A DNA stretch of 64,000 bases from Magallana gigas (taxonomy: Eukaryota). The notes beneath the pieces are model-generated. The model searched no databases. It was not told the DNA's origin and saw nothing but the letters and a program-made list of their open reading frames with translations. Position numbers and translations under genes: made by a program. Shown one piece after another: positions 34,901 to 49,248 of the stretch. The stretch is taken from the NCBI RefSeq assembly GCF_963853765.1, contig NC_088855.1:50902001-50966000 (forward strand). Direction: 5' to 3'. Positions within the stretch are counted from its first letter, which is position 1. Each line of letters opens with the position of its first letter.

Positions 34901-37369
34901 GCCAGAAGAATGTTGAATGCAATGGATGAAAAGACTATTCCATAATGTATTTTGTACACTCCTATAGAGATGCATTTCCAAATAATTCAGGTACTTTGAC
35001 CGTGGAAGCAATTTACCAAGACAGAGACCAGTTTGCCCAGCTGGTGAGAGAGGTTGCTTCCCCTGATGTTGGTAAGATGGGGATTGAAGTTCTCAGTTTC
35101 ACCATAAAGGACATCAACGACAGAGTGGAGTACCTGTCCTCCCTGGGACGAGCCCAGACGGCCAATGTCAAGAGAGACGCAGACATTGGTGTAGCAGAGG
35201 CAAACAAGGATGCAGGAATCAGGGTTAGTTTATTAAAGAGCCCAAATCAATTTAGGTTGTAAGCTCTTTCAAATTAATTTTTAAAGGAGGAAAATAATTT
35301 ATCAGTTAATGAAATGAAATGGTTAAAGTTTGATTTACTGGTAAAAAGAAAATTGTGATGGGTTAAAGAAATAAATTTGATAGCTATAATGTTACACAAA
35401 TAATAATTGGTTTCAGAAAGTTTATACTTTTAAAATGTGAACTTTATAAAAAGGCGTAAACTGTTTTGATGTAGTGTATGTGAGTAAATATTCTTAAAGC
35501 TTTTGAAGTTGATCCTTAAAATTAAGTTTTATGGAAGAAGGTACAGATACATGTAGTAATAAAAATTAGCTTTTAAATAGGGAGAGGTTGTGCAAATAGA
35601 ATGTCATTCAGATTGATGTACTATATTTGCAAACTATTTACCTAGATTCTTTCAGCCAAGCAAATGGCTCATCAGAAATGAATTATATGTTGAATCATTG
35701 ATAACTTTTATAACAGGAAGCAGAGTGTGACAAGCAATTGATGGACACCAAGTTTACGGCTGACACAAAGATTGCAGACTCCTCCAGGCAGTACCAGATG
35801 ATGAAAGCTTCATTTGACATGGAAGTCAATGCCAAGGTGGGAACCTCAGTAATTGTAAACCTGTTGTGTTTGTAGGAAGTACCTGTAAACAGAAAAATAT
35901 TCGTCCCCATTTTATTTTCACCCCTTTGTTGTCAGCGGACAAATTTCAGACTGGAGAAATTCCAATGTCTCAAATTATATCTTTTAAAACAGAACTGTGT
36001 CTGGGTGAATTCAAGATGGGGCAAAACTGTTTGCAAGTGTAGAAGGTCTAAAATTACATGTGGCGAAAAATTACCCAGTATACATTATCATTCGGATGTT
36101 ATTAAAGTCTCAATATTGTAGAAAGCTGAGGCTGAATTGGCCTATCAGCTTCAAGCAGCCCGTGAGAGGCAGAGTATCAGGCAGGAGGAGATTGAGATTG
36201 AGGTGGTGGAGAGGAGGAAGCTCATTGATGTGGAGGAGAAGGAAATCCTCAGGAAGGAGAAGGAACTGATAGCCACTGTCAAAAGACCGGCAGAGGCGCA
36301 GGCTTACAAGGTCGAACAGCTGGCTGAAGGTCAGAGGTAAGCAACCTCTCAAATCAAAGGGATGAGGAATGTATGAACTACAGCTGTGTTTGTTGGGATA
36401 TTCAGACATCCAGTCTTATTGTTTATTGTATTTTTGTGAAATATTGCTCTGTGTTATTGTAGGGTTTGATGTAAGTAAAGTGAGTGCAGAACTTACTTTA
36501 TCACAAACATTTTAGATTCTTTAGTTTAATACATATATTTATATGAAATTAGGATTATTTGAATATTGATCAAGAAATTGCATTTTTCATCTAGTGCATA
36601 ATCATGTTTTCATAAAGATAGTGTAGGTTTTGTGATTTTTTTTGAAACAAAAGTATAAGACATGCATGTATATTTTTTTTAACATTTTTTTTTTATTCAG
36701 AATGAGTTAGTTTTGCAATGACACACACTTGCTCCAATGGTCATTTTCATTGACATGTTATAGTAAGACAGATGATTCATTGTAAATTACCATAAATAGA
36801 TTTTAAAACAATTCACACATTTTAGGAAACAAACAGTGGAGGCTGCCCATGCTGAGGCTGAGAGGATCCGTTTGATTGGTGGATCAGAGGCCGGAGCCAT
36901 CGAATGTGTGGGCAAGGCTGAAGCAGAAAAGATGAGACTGAAGGCTTCAGCTTACAAACAGTATGGAGAAGCTGCCATGTTGTCTCTGGTTCTGGAGACT
37001 TTGCCAAAGGTCAGAAGTGTATTATTCTCAATGTACATCATATTAACACAATGAAATCAGGAGCAACATGAAAGAGACCTGTACTTTCTTTTTATAGATT
37101 GCTGCTGAGGTTGCCGCTCCTCTGTCCAAGACTGATACTATAGTGATGGTCGGGGACGACAGAACCACCAGTGAAGTGAGCCGCTTAGTGAGTCAGCTAC
37201 CTCCTGCTGTCCAGGCCCTCACAGGGGTTGACCTCTCTAAGGTCAGTAACAAACTGAAGTCTTAAAACTTAAAAAAAAAAAAAAAACTGCAAATGCACCA
37301 AAATCTTGTATCATCAAATATTTATTTTATTTACAGGTTGTTGGGAAAATCCCCGGTGCCACATCCTAG
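31952..37369 (+). CDS. FLOT2: Flotillin-2 (reggie-1), 424 aa
   Basis: Exons are 31952-32000, 33990-34071, 34471-34685, 34991-35223, 35717-35836, 36122-36336, 36826-37009, 37098-37241 and 37337-37369. The N-terminus is [21 protein letters not shown]. The SPFH domain ([40 protein letters not shown]) and EA-rich flotillin coil are present. Confidence 0.96.
32647..33879. mobile_element. Composite TTAA-type (Kolobok-like) MITE(s) in FLOT2 intron 1
   Basis: ttaa|agtggtattggacacctg ... caggtgtcccataccacct|ttta, with an internal perfect 33-bp inverted repeat (32706-32738 / 33588-33620) and tRNA-like segments. Confidence 0.55.
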
Positions 37370-38807
37370 AACAAGTGTGGTGTTATTCTAAACTCTGCAT
37401 GCTTTTTTAATGGGACATATAGATTCCATTGTGAACATTGTGTTACTGTTTGTGTAGATTTATTTTACACTTGCTGATATCTTAAACTCAAATCCATTAA
37501 TAGCAGCATCTACCATCATAGTCTTGTAAAGTTTATACACCCATCAGATAACTAAAGATTATATCACGTACCATTTAGATACAGCCTACTTTTCATCATT
37601 TACTAGTCATTATCATTTTTTTAATTAATTGAAAAGTAACAGTAATTTACCAATAATAGAAAAAATTATATAACAATGGAATTTCAAAAGCTATGTGTTG
37701 CTCAAATATATAGATATATAGAAAATGGAATGCCTTAAATCACATTTGTTAAAGATATCAATCACTGTCTGTTTAGTACATTGACATGCACCGGTGCATT
37801 GTACTTGTATGTAACGGTACAATATTTTACCCATGCGTTTAACAAAATTGTTTTTTTTAAAAGGGTTAGTGAAAATGAATTTTGGTTTGTATTGGACAGA
37901 TTACCATTGTTACGCAACAGCAGTGATGGCTATTGCAACAAGGTATTGCCCTGCTGCTACACAGGATTAAGAGATGAGAACTTATTATCTTAACTGGCAG
38001 CTAAACGTCCTTCTTGTATTTTAAGTTACCAGAAAACCTAAATGTTGTTTTACTAAATCACTTTACATGTTTTATTTGGTAATGAATCTTTTTATGTTAC
38101 TTTTTTAAATTGTTCTTATTGGCATTACCACAATTGAATTGAACAACTGCACTATCAGAGGTCTATTCACAAAATACAGTATAGCTTTTATTGTTCTTGC
38201 TTGTTTTTTCAGAAAAATGCAAATAAAAAAAATAATTTGTGTCAGACTGACCAATTGCCATAATCATCTCAAAAATAACCTTCAGTTTTAAATTCAAAAT
38301 TTGAATTGTTCAATTGTTGGTACACACTGTTCCATTTTTGGAACTCCATATACATGTAGCTTTTGTGTAAAGTATTGATATTTTAAAGATACTATGTTTG
38401 TATTAGAACATCTTTGTTTTCCCACCCATAGTATGTTTATCATTTAATTAGCAATATTATTCAGCAAATTAGGAAAGCTGATTGTGTATTTATTCTGGTT
38501 ATCAATGTACTTTGTACTTATATGTGTACCTTGGAAATAAATTTGAAAAATACGTACTGTTATGGATACAACTACTGTATATCTTAAATCCAATTAAACC
38601 ATGCCCCTTGATGCTCTTCAGTAGATCGCAGCAATGTACTGGATAGGATAAATAGATCTTTTAAATAATCCTATTCTTGATAAAGCACCTATAATTTATG
38701 TAGACAAATTTCTTTCCCCTCTGTTTGTAACCCTTCAGACCTCAGGTAATGATGATTAAAATAGCTTCACAAGCTGCAGCCTTCATTTGTGTCTCCAGAA
38801 ATTTTTA

Positions 38808-39697
38808 ATATTTACTCCTGAACAGATTGTTCAAGAGAGCTTTTACTGATCACCTGTTGTTTACCCGTCTGTCCATCTGTAATTTTTTCCACATTTTTTA
38901 CTTTTTCTGTATAACCACTGGGGCATATTTAACCAAACTGAACAATAAAAATAGGGTGTAAATCTGAAAAACCACTGCACCGGAAATGCCAATTCATACA
39001 CCAAAGCTTGTATACATGTATATAATGAAGATTTTAATTTGTTAAAATTGTGACCCCCGGACTAATACTAGGCCCCCCAAGAGGGGCTAAGTTTACATAG
39101 AAATATATAGGGAAAATGTTTATAAATCTTCACAAAAACCACTATGCTACAATTTGTGAGATTACCTTGCAGCTTCCTCAGATAGTATAAATTCTAAATT
39201 GTTAAATTTGTGACCTCAGGACTAAAACTGGGTCACCAAGAGGGGTTCCAAGTGTAATGTAGAAGTATATAGGGAAAATGTTTATAAATCTGCTGCACAA
39301 GAACTACAATTTGTGATATTACAATTAATGCAAGCGTCCTAAAATATTTTAGATTTTAAATTGTTTAAATATGCTTTGTTTATGTGAAGACTGAGCCATA
39401 GGAGAGAGTTTACTTTTTTGGCATGATCTGAAAAGACGTTGAACCCTTCAACTAATACTTCATTCATGGTCAAAGCCCAAAGGCACTCTGAGTTAAGTTT
39501 GAGCCTGATTAGTCCAATGTTAGAGAATATATGGTCCTGACAAGGATTTTTCACATAAATCATCTGTGACCTATGCATGAGCCAGATCGGGCTTTTAAGG
39601 GGAAAGAAGATATGCTCCAAACAATGAAATCTCAGACGAACAGACAGATGAATGGACAGACTGATCACAATCGGTCACCTGCAGATTGGAGCCCTAA
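38808..39697. mobile_element. Two degenerate HINE-like fragments with ~162-bp satellite-like internal repeats
   Basis: Reverse-oriented HINE end at 38808-38880. The block tatagggaaaatgtttataaatct repeats 162 bp apart (39111, 39273). A forward (ACAG)n-type end lies at 39630-39697. Confidence 0.5.
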
Positions 39698-40308
39698 TAA
39701 TTACCTTGTGCCACGTTTGGATAAAATATGGTTCTGCCGCTTATATTCATATATTACTTGACCATCGCACAAGGCAGAGAGTCTTCATATTCTTTGAGGA
39801 AAGTGTGTAATTCATAAAATACAATGTGCTTTCATCATTATTCAATTCTTAAAATATTATTGTTATGAGTTTATCAAATGTTCATTACATCACTTTTAAA
39901 AGTAGGAGCACTGTCCATGGATTTGGGTGTCTTCATGACAAGGTAGGGCCACTTTACATGCCCATAAATGTTGATGAAACTTAGCAAGTACATGTACTAT
40001 ACATGGAATTAAAAGAATTCAGTTAAAAATGAGCAAAACATAAAAAAGTAGTACGTGTACATGTTATCAAATATTTTATTACAATATTATTCATGCATCA
40101 TTTTTTAATACTCATGACTTCAAGTTTGACAAAGAACAATGATACATTAACTGAAAGATGTATGGGATGAATATTGTGAAATATACAATGTTTATACTTT
40201 TTGCTAACTCTGAAGGGAACCATACACACATTCATACATGTACAAATTAAAAAGATAACCTTTAATTCATATCAATAAATCCAGTTACTGGATAACAAGT
40301 CTCTTGAT

Positions 40309-43300
40309 TCACATTCCAGGGGAGGAGAGACTTTTCTCCATAAACTTTCTTTTAGCAAAACACAGCCACCACTGCAAAATAACAAAATATTGGGACATAA
40401 TTCTAAAAACCTTTTTCCTTGTTTAATGTTTTAATACTCAACTTGTGTTTGAAATAACAATTTAGCTGTTATCTCTCAGACTAAAATTTATCCATACCTT
40501 GCTTGGCTTATCGTCTTGCTCGAACACCTTCTCTACCATTCTCAAGCCTGTTTCTTGTCTTATCTGTAGGAGGTAGTTTCTCATGGTATCTGGTATTGAA
40601 ATAAGACCATTTAGTCATAGAGAAATTGTGCTTACACAAGTTCATGTTTTGAACAATTTATTGACTTGATTCAAGTCATGTTTACCGGTAGTAGCAATTG
40701 CATTTTTTAGGCAAATCAATGCTAGTACACCCTAACATTTGTGAGTATGTATCATATAATATACTTTGGAATTACTTAAATGGGAGACAATTTTTAGATC
40801 TTGACAATTTTTTAAACAGGTTTTATGTAAATAAAAATAAAATAGTGAAAAAATTGTTTTTCATAATAACTTTGAGTGTAAATTCAATAACAGGGGAGCA
40901 GCAAGAAAATCCACACAAACTGAGCAATAACAATCAAACTTATTGTAAACAATTTACAAATTTACGTCAAAAGTATGTACACAACATGATCTCACCTTCC
41001 TCTGCCCTGTTGGCTGGCTTTGTAAACATTGCATTAAGAGGAAACTTCGGCTCTCCAGGAATAGGGAAATTAATCAAACCTAATGTGTACATTTCTTTAC
41101 TGCCAGCAGATTTTGTGGAACACTAATAGAAAAAAAATAGGCAATAATTTTTCAGTTCTCAGGTTTATAGGTGCCACTGTATCAAAGAAAGATTAACTTT
41201 TATTTTTCAATTACAATGTTCACAGCTTCATGAACACTTGAATGTTAACTGTACAGTTACAATTGTGATACAGAGCCTAGAGTTCTTTGTATTAACTCTT
41301 TTTCTTTTTACTGACGCTTAATATTAAAATTCTAGACAAGCAGTTGGAATAGTTTAGTAAAATGGAAAGATTTCATTTGTAAATTTTTAGCTCAAATTAT
41401 GACTATTCAATTTAAGAAGTATTTTATTTAAGTTTATATATATATACACTGAATGGGAAAGAACAGCAGGCAAAACGCCTATATAATTATGTCCTCTCCT
41501 ATCGTCAACTGAAGGTATATATAAATACATGTACATGTATTACCGGCCATTATATATTTTTTACCTAGAATATACTAACATTTGAATTTTGTACAATAAG
41601 TTAATATTATAAATAATGTTGGAAACAAAGATACAACAACAAAATTAAAAAAAAAACAATAGAAAAGTAACGGGTACAGATTAATTGCTAGGAAAAAAAA
41701 TTTAGGGGAAGAGAAGAAAGAATGAAAAGAAACAAAAAATTGATAGCATTTTTAGGACAAACACAGATTAAAAGCTAAAGAGGGAAGAACAAATACAACT
41801 GTACAACAAAAAAAATGAAGATGAATAAAGTCAATGTTACCCATTTTGATACATATTATATTTATGGTACACATGTACTAGTTTAAAAGGCTTACTTTAA
41901 TCTGTTTGAAGTTTCGATAAAGAAATGAATTTTATCAAATAACAGTAAATCATTTTGGAATGTAAATTTTCACTTCCAATTTGTAATAGGTATGATATTG
42001 TCATTCACATCCTTAAATTAAAAAAAAATATGACTGTGCCCTTTTAGCTGGATGAAATTAACTTCATAAAATTATAGATCTCATAACAAAATAACCCTCT
42101 ATTAAAACAATAAATCCAATCATTGTTGAGATTTATTACCTTTTGTAACTTTTTGAGACATTCTGTGATGTACAAGGTAATGTATATGAGAGTTCTATCA
42201 GCTTCACTCTGAAAGAAACAATTCATTTATTGTAGATCAATGCAACTACATGTAATGAGGCGTTGATGAAATATCCATACTATATTGATCTGTGACAAGA
42301 AATCAGGCAACAATTAATTACAGTTGTCAATGCTGATTTCATATCTTGCAACACCACTCAATTTAAGTTTACATTATGAGAAGTTTGTTCTTAGCATGAT
42401 TATTCAATGTATGTAGCTTGCACATATATTTGGATTAAGACGTTCCTCTAAAGGGAGGTAATGTTAAATATATGCAGCTTGTAATAGCACGTATAAGTGC
42501 ATATTCAATTGATAAAATGTCAGCATATTTTGAAAGACATGCATTTTAATAAATAAACATCTATGTCATTATATAATCTATGCAATTATAAAGTCTACCA
42601 TACTAAGCAGGGCCATCAATTGAGAATGGATGACCCACATGAATTAACATACAAATAAAATACAATCTTTGATTACTCGAAAGTCATGATGTCCCCAGGT
42701 GGCATGACCTACATACCATATTGAATGCCCTATGAAACAAGGAATAAGAATATTTATGGTTAAAGGGTGGGGAACTCAACAGTTTTCAACATATTTGAGC
42801 TCTTCCTGCTTCAGGGACCACCCCTTACAATCTTGACCTGCATACCATTTGACGCCTCATGGCACAAGGAACAAGAATATAATGTAACAGATGTTAATGA
42901 AAAGTTGCAATCTTTTACCTTAATGTTTTTGAGGATATATTAAGTACATATCAAATACAAGTACTAGTATATGCAAAGAATTTGTTTTCAAAAATAAAAC
43001 ATTCTACCAATCCGACTTCTAGCTATCAGCAATCTAAATCCTAATGAAATCTAAAAAGTTTGCAAATTGTTTCCCTGTAGATTTACTATTTTAGAAAAAA
43101 AATCTTACTTTAACATGTTTGTAACAACCCTATCTTGGTATAAAAAGGAAGTAAATTTGTGTTTTGTGTGTCGACTCTGAAATACAAAATATTTAAATAA
43201 CCAATATAAAGACATGCCTATTCTACTAAAAAAGTTGATCAGAACTTTGACAATCAGTCAGGATTGTCAGCGGATGCATTACTTTGAGCAAAAATAGTGA

Positions 43301-44182
43301 GGGCCATCCATACTGGGTCCAAGTTATATTTGTTATTCACTGACAAGATGAGCAGCAATATCATTGCTAATTATCATGGATATTTCAACTTCGAAATCTG
43401 CACTTAATGTTGAAATACTGCTGAATAAAAAAACACACCCATAGTTATTTAAAAGGTAACATAATTTCAAAAAAAAAAATTAGATTTTTCAAACTATAGC
43501 TGTTCAGTGTTAGTTTTTTTTTTATTGAAAGACAATCAATGTTGTTTTCTTTTGACTATATTGAATTAATTGTCAATACTGCTTGGATGCCCCCTTGCTG
43601 GCAAGGGGGAAGAAACATATTTTTTTTAACAGAGACACTTGTTTTAGACTGTGATAAAAATTAGAAATTGGTTGTACTGGTGTGCAGAAAATTCATTTGT
43701 ACTGTACAGTAGCAAAAAAACCCTCTAAACTCAGTTGAACTATTTATCATTTCATCATTGTGGACAAATTGATATAATAGTTAATTAAATAAACATATTA
43801 TACAAAGTCAAGCATTTAGCTCTTACCTTTATTTCATAATTCCTGAAGAAGATGTTTGCTTTGAAGTAATAAATAGCCTCGTCAATAATATCAAAATCTG
43901 ATGCTAAAAAAAATAATACAGTAAATCCATTACTTAACAAATTAAACAAAGAGGATATTGAAATATTTCATTCGATTTAACAAAGTCAAAATATATCCTT
44001 ACCATCTCTTGGAGCAGGACCTTTGTAAGTGGTTCTTAAAGGCATCAAAGCCATATTTCCTACCAGTTTAGGAGGTTCTGTGAACTTTGAGTGATAGGCC
44101 TGAAAGTAAGGACAAATCATAAGTTAACATGTTCTATATTACTTTTATCAAATACATATTATCAAATGTAACATACCGGCAT
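40309..44182 (-). CDS. ARPC3: Actin-related protein 2/3 complex subunit 3 (p21-Arc), 176 aa
   Basis: Exons are 44182-44177 (MP), 44099-44003, 43903-43827, 42208-42140, 41122-40996, 40589-40498 and 40371-40309. Motifs include [46 protein letters not shown] and KPSKWWLCF. Confidence 0.96.
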
Positions 44183-44199
44183 AATTAGTTTCTGTCAAG

Positions 44200-44553
44200 T
44201 CTCAATAAAAATATTTGTTTCCCTGTCAAACCCGTCAATATCCCTGTTCCACCTTCTTCCGCATAGGTCCGCTAATATCAATGAAAAAATAAATATCACT
44301 CACAATATGGGCATCAGAAACATAGGCCATATAGATAACAAATTCAATATTAAACTACATCAATAAGAGATAGGTAATAAATATTAATTTAGTTTTTTAA
44401 CCTCTGTTGGAAAATGAATTTTTATTCATTATAACTTACACAAGCGACAGAGACTTTAACTTGATCAGCTATGCGCTTTATGAAGCTATATTTTTAGAAG
44501 TCATAGTAGGATCGAAAGTGACATCGAATTCTTAGAAACTAACTTGGATCATC
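44200..44553. promoter_or_regulatory. Putative bidirectional promoter of ARPC3 and GPN3
   Basis: Divergent start codons at 44182(-) and 44554(+), 372 bp apart. Confidence 0.7.
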
Positions 44554-47500
44554 ATGCCGCGATATGGACAGCTTGTTATGGGCCCAGCAGGTAGTGGTAA
44601 GGTAAGATAAACACAACTAAACAGCCAGATATTGTGTGCTTGATTTCGGCCCATGGAAAACTAGATAACTCGGTACCTGGTAAAATCGCCACCAATGAAG
44701 ATTGTACAGGTGTTGTAATCTGTTTTACGATGCGACTGTTGGGGCGAACGCATTTGATTTAAATACACACAGGTACATATTTTTCATAATGAATTACAGC
44801 GTTGTTTATTTTAATCAGCTAAATATTTCAACATCTTTTTAATGAATGATGTTCTTAAAATACTTTGTTACCTATTCTCAAGAAAACGTGACATTAGTAT
44901 CCATTTGCAGTTTACCAGGTATTGTTAGTAAGATTCTGATATACTTCAGAGGGAGCAATAGTTCAATTTTTTTCTTTGCCCAGGCATTGTCGCAGTGCTT
45001 GCTGGCGCTTCAAACCGATGGGCTGTGCTTGCTGTAATTGACACTTGGTTAATTCGTATCTAGTAATTGTGTACAGATAGGATCATTTGCAAAAGCTCAA
45101 CAGCAATTAGGCCTAACAAAAAAAATGGTTTGTTTCCACTTTCATGCTGAAAAAAAGTAGGGTCGGTCTGTCGGATTTTTTTTTTTTTTCAAATATTTTT
45201 TTCCCTTTAATATTGCAGTATCCATACATGCCGGTTAGATACTGACACTGCTGAATGGTATAAAATGAGAAATACTTTTAATATCATTCCTGACTATTAA
45301 GCTGGTCTTAAGAAAACACAACAATGATATTATATATCAGATACTTCCTCTGCCAACGATGAGAGCATTATTAAAATGTACAACACATGGAAACATACAG
45401 CCATTTTGAAACAAAACGTTTGAGTTACACTGATTTGAGAAGAGTAACTGCTTCAAGCGTTTTTGTGACCAAAATATTGAGTAATTTTTTTTCCAAATCG
45501 GTTAAAAACGAAAATAAACGATTTTCCATCAAAAATCCTTAAAAAAAGTTTTGAGTCGGGGGGTAAAAGCTAGGGTCGGTCGGGAAAGCGGAAACAAACA
45601 CTTTTTTTTCTTAGGCCTTAGGGAAAACCATAATGCCTTCATGCTGTCACTCTACACGCCATTGCATTCGTCAAGACTGAAAATTTTTGACAGACATCTC
45701 CGAAAGAGAGACGTCTGTCGAAAATTTTCAGTCTCGACGAATCTCACTGAGATTAGCCATAGCACTGACACAAGTTTGCAGTTTATAAAATGCATCACAA
45801 CACAACATAGGCTGTCACACAACATGCACATGCTGTCATGCTAAAAAAAAACTCACAAAAATTACCATTGTGATGTCACCTGATATGCCATTGCACCAAT
45901 ACAACTTCATGTACTGCAGCAATGCTTTAAAACAACTTCATATAATCAACTGTCACGCTAACAACACTTCACCAAACTAGCCAATGCTTTGTTATACAGC
46001 ATACTGTCACATGCTATTGTTCTAACACATTAAAATTAACAACACGCACCATAAGTTGTGTGAAGTGTTAGTTTGACTCTTTGTTGTGTAAATTAGGTTA
46101 GCTTAATGAAGAGTGAGTAAAGTTTGTTAGTGGGATGGCAAGTTGTGTGAAAGGAATACTGTAAGTTTTAATGTGCTGTTCCCTGTTTGGTTTTTTCAAT
46201 GCATGGTGCTAGGTTCCTTGTTTCATGCAAGCACTTAATTCTGCAAATCAGCCCTTTTTGTATCAAATTACAAAAAAATCTTCTTGTAAAATGCATGTGA
46301 TCAACTGTTTTTGTTTTCTTTCTATTTGCTTTTAGTCAACCTACTGCAGTAACATGGTAAAGCATGCTGAAATGTTGAAGAGAACAATCCATGTGGTGAA
46401 CCTGGACCCTGCAGCCGAGTACTTTGATTATCCTGTTCTTGCTGGTATGTTACATACTTTTATAAGCGTTTAAGGGATGTAACAGACTAATAGCTTTCTT
46501 CCAAACGGTATACGGTGATAAATAAAAAGATGCAATCACCTGTGGGTGTCCGAAGATGTTGATGAAACTGAAATATAACTTTAAGTAATTTTAATTTTTG
46601 ATTTGTCAATAAAATCAATGTAAGAAAGTGTATGAGGCATGAAGGACTGACTGTGTGTTCCCAGTGATTAAAAAGGCTGGATAGTAAAAAAAAGAAGTAA
46701 CCATTAGCTCTACATAAAATTTTAAGATATAATTGGCTTGGTAATAAACTATTATTTTATAAAGAAAAAGACTGTACCGGTACATTTTAGCTTTTAGGTA
46801 TTTTCCTTAGAATAATACAGTCTAAAAATCACTACAACCATCGAGTCATCGTAAGTTCCAAAAGTATAAAAACTTATAACTATTAATTGTAATAAATATA
46901 CCCGGTACATGCTTTCTTTACTTTCTTCTTCATGCCCTTTTTACTGGGAAGATTTATTTTATAATAGAATAATGGTAAGGTTTTGCAATACAGCTTTCTT
47001 ATTGATGAAGATTTCAATACATGAATTTAGATTATTGCAGCAATTTATATTGACCTTTAGTAAAAAAAAAAAAAAAAAAAAAAAAAGGGTTATAAGATGC
47101 ATTTGCTGCATTTAGAAATATGAATATTAAATCCATTGGAATCCCTAATTTGAATGGCTTATGAAGATCAGTGATATCTCTTTTTAACTATGCTTGTAGT
47201 ACTAGTTGCAACTTATTCTATCTGAATAATTTTGGTAACCCCCCCCCCCCCCCCTTACACACCCAATAAAAAAAAACCCACTGAAAAAAGGTCTGAGTTC
47301 TCAAGAATACTATACATTGAAGGATAGATGAAATTAACTTGTACAGTGTACATGTGTTTATATTTCATAGATATTCGAGAACTCATACACTTAGATGATG
47401 CCATGGAGGATGAGTCTTTGAGATTTGGTCCAAATGGGGGTCTTGTGTTCTGTATGGAGTAAGTCTGCCATATTAAAAGTCAGCTTAGTTTTTCAAGATC

Positions 47501-48527
47501 AATTATTACTGTACATGTATTAACTATTAATAAATATATAGTTGTTATTTACCAATCTCAATTTGTTTAAAGATACTTAGCACAAAATTTTGACTGGCTA
47601 CAAGAACAACTGGAAGAAGTTGAAGATGACTACATTATATTTGACTGTCCAGGTATATTCATTTTCACTTCATCCTATTTGCCTTAGTATTGTAGACTCT
47701 AAATGGCTTTTAACTAAACACAGTTACATGTAGCAGAAGTAAATGTCTATACATACACAGAGCTCTGCAGTGTAAATGAGTGTTTTTCGAGTAAAATCAA
47801 AAACGTCATATTCATTATTGCTATTTTTATTATTCACATCGTAGGAACCCACAGGTTTTCTCTCTGGTACAATGCTTCCACGGGTTTTCTATCCGTAACA
47901 CTGCTTTCAAGCAGTGTAACAGATAGAAAACCTGTGGGTTCCGATGATGATTATTCATGACAGCATCGCTTTGGTTGTAGGTCAGATTGAATTATACACA
48001 CATATCCCTGTGATGCGACAGCTTGTTGAAACTCTACAGAAATGGGACTTCCGAATTTGTGGTGTATTTTTAGTGGACTCTCAGTTTATGATTGAGCCAT
48101 CCAAGTTCATATCAGGAATTCTTACTGCTTTATCCACAATGGTTAACCTGGAAATCCCCCATGTGAATGTCATGACGAAAATAGATCTACTTAGTAAAAA
48201 GGCCAAAAAGGAGCTTGAAAGGTTAGGATATATTTGTTATGGTTTAGTTAAAAGTTTAAATGTAATACTTAATTAACAGAAACACACTGTCAGTCTTCCA
48301 AATATATGTACCATACTTACTGACATAAATTTTCTTTGTGGAAATAAACTTGTCTGTCCAACGTCCATGTTTGGTCCTCAAGTTTTTAAAAAGTAAAATA
48401 TATTACTGGGAAAATCTTTGATCTGAGACATTGGGGGGGGGGGTATTTCTTCTTTAGACAGCTCTAGATTGTCTTTGAAATATTCATTTTTGACCTTTAC
48501 TAAATATCTTTAATCTTTAGCCTCTCT

Positions 48528-48567
<40 letters not shown>

Positions 48568-49217
48568 AGGTGAGTGTGTGTATGTATCGGCTGAAAATTA
48601 AGTTCAACATATTAAATTGATAGAAGGTTGGTTCCTGTCCTGGCAGTGTTTCATTTTGAGTCATTTTGTTAACATATATCTTTCAGATACTTGGAGCCAG
48701 AACTACCCATACTACTGGCAGAGGAGTTTGATGACAGCAGATTGAGTCAAAAGTTTAAGAAGCTAAATAGCTCAATTGCAAAAATGGTAAGTTTTAAATG
48801 AAGGGAAGAAATAAAACTGGTCTCTGTCTTTGAATTTGGTGTAAAAGGGGGAAGTTTCTTGGTAAAATTGAACTTTGATGTTCATGTTTCATACTTTGTT
48901 TCTTTATTTTATTACAGATAGATGACTATAGTTTGGTGAAGTTTCTACCAATGGACATCAGTGATGAGGATACCATCAATGATGTACTTATTCAGATAGA
49001 CACAGCCATTCAATATGGGGAAGATTTTGAACCAAAAGAGATCCCGGTAAGAGACATTTTACTTTACAATTAACAGACTGAGTAAGCTTTATTCTTAATA
49101 AAATAAATGTAAATAATTATTTCACCACCAAATGTTAAAAAGTTACAAGGTTTCATATATAAAGCCTCTGCTGTTGCTTTAAAATGTCAAGGAGCAAATA
49201 AAACAAAGAATTGTCTC

Positions 49218-49248
<31 letters not shown>

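Noticed and set aside
35641-35700. Antisense hammerhead-like core (CTGATGA-GCCA...TGGC-T-GAAA) in FLOT2 intron 4
   Set aside because: There is an extra U before GAAA, the required U16.1 of the NUH site is A, and stem I is absent. It is probably chance or dead.
37790-37805. Palindrome atgcaccggtgcat in the FLOT2 3' UTR as a miRNA hairpin
   Set aside because: The stem is too short and interrupted for a pre-miRNA, and there is no other support.
40698-41126. 142-aa plus-strand ORF
   Set aside because: It is mostly AT-rich intron plus the antisense of ARPC3 exon 5.
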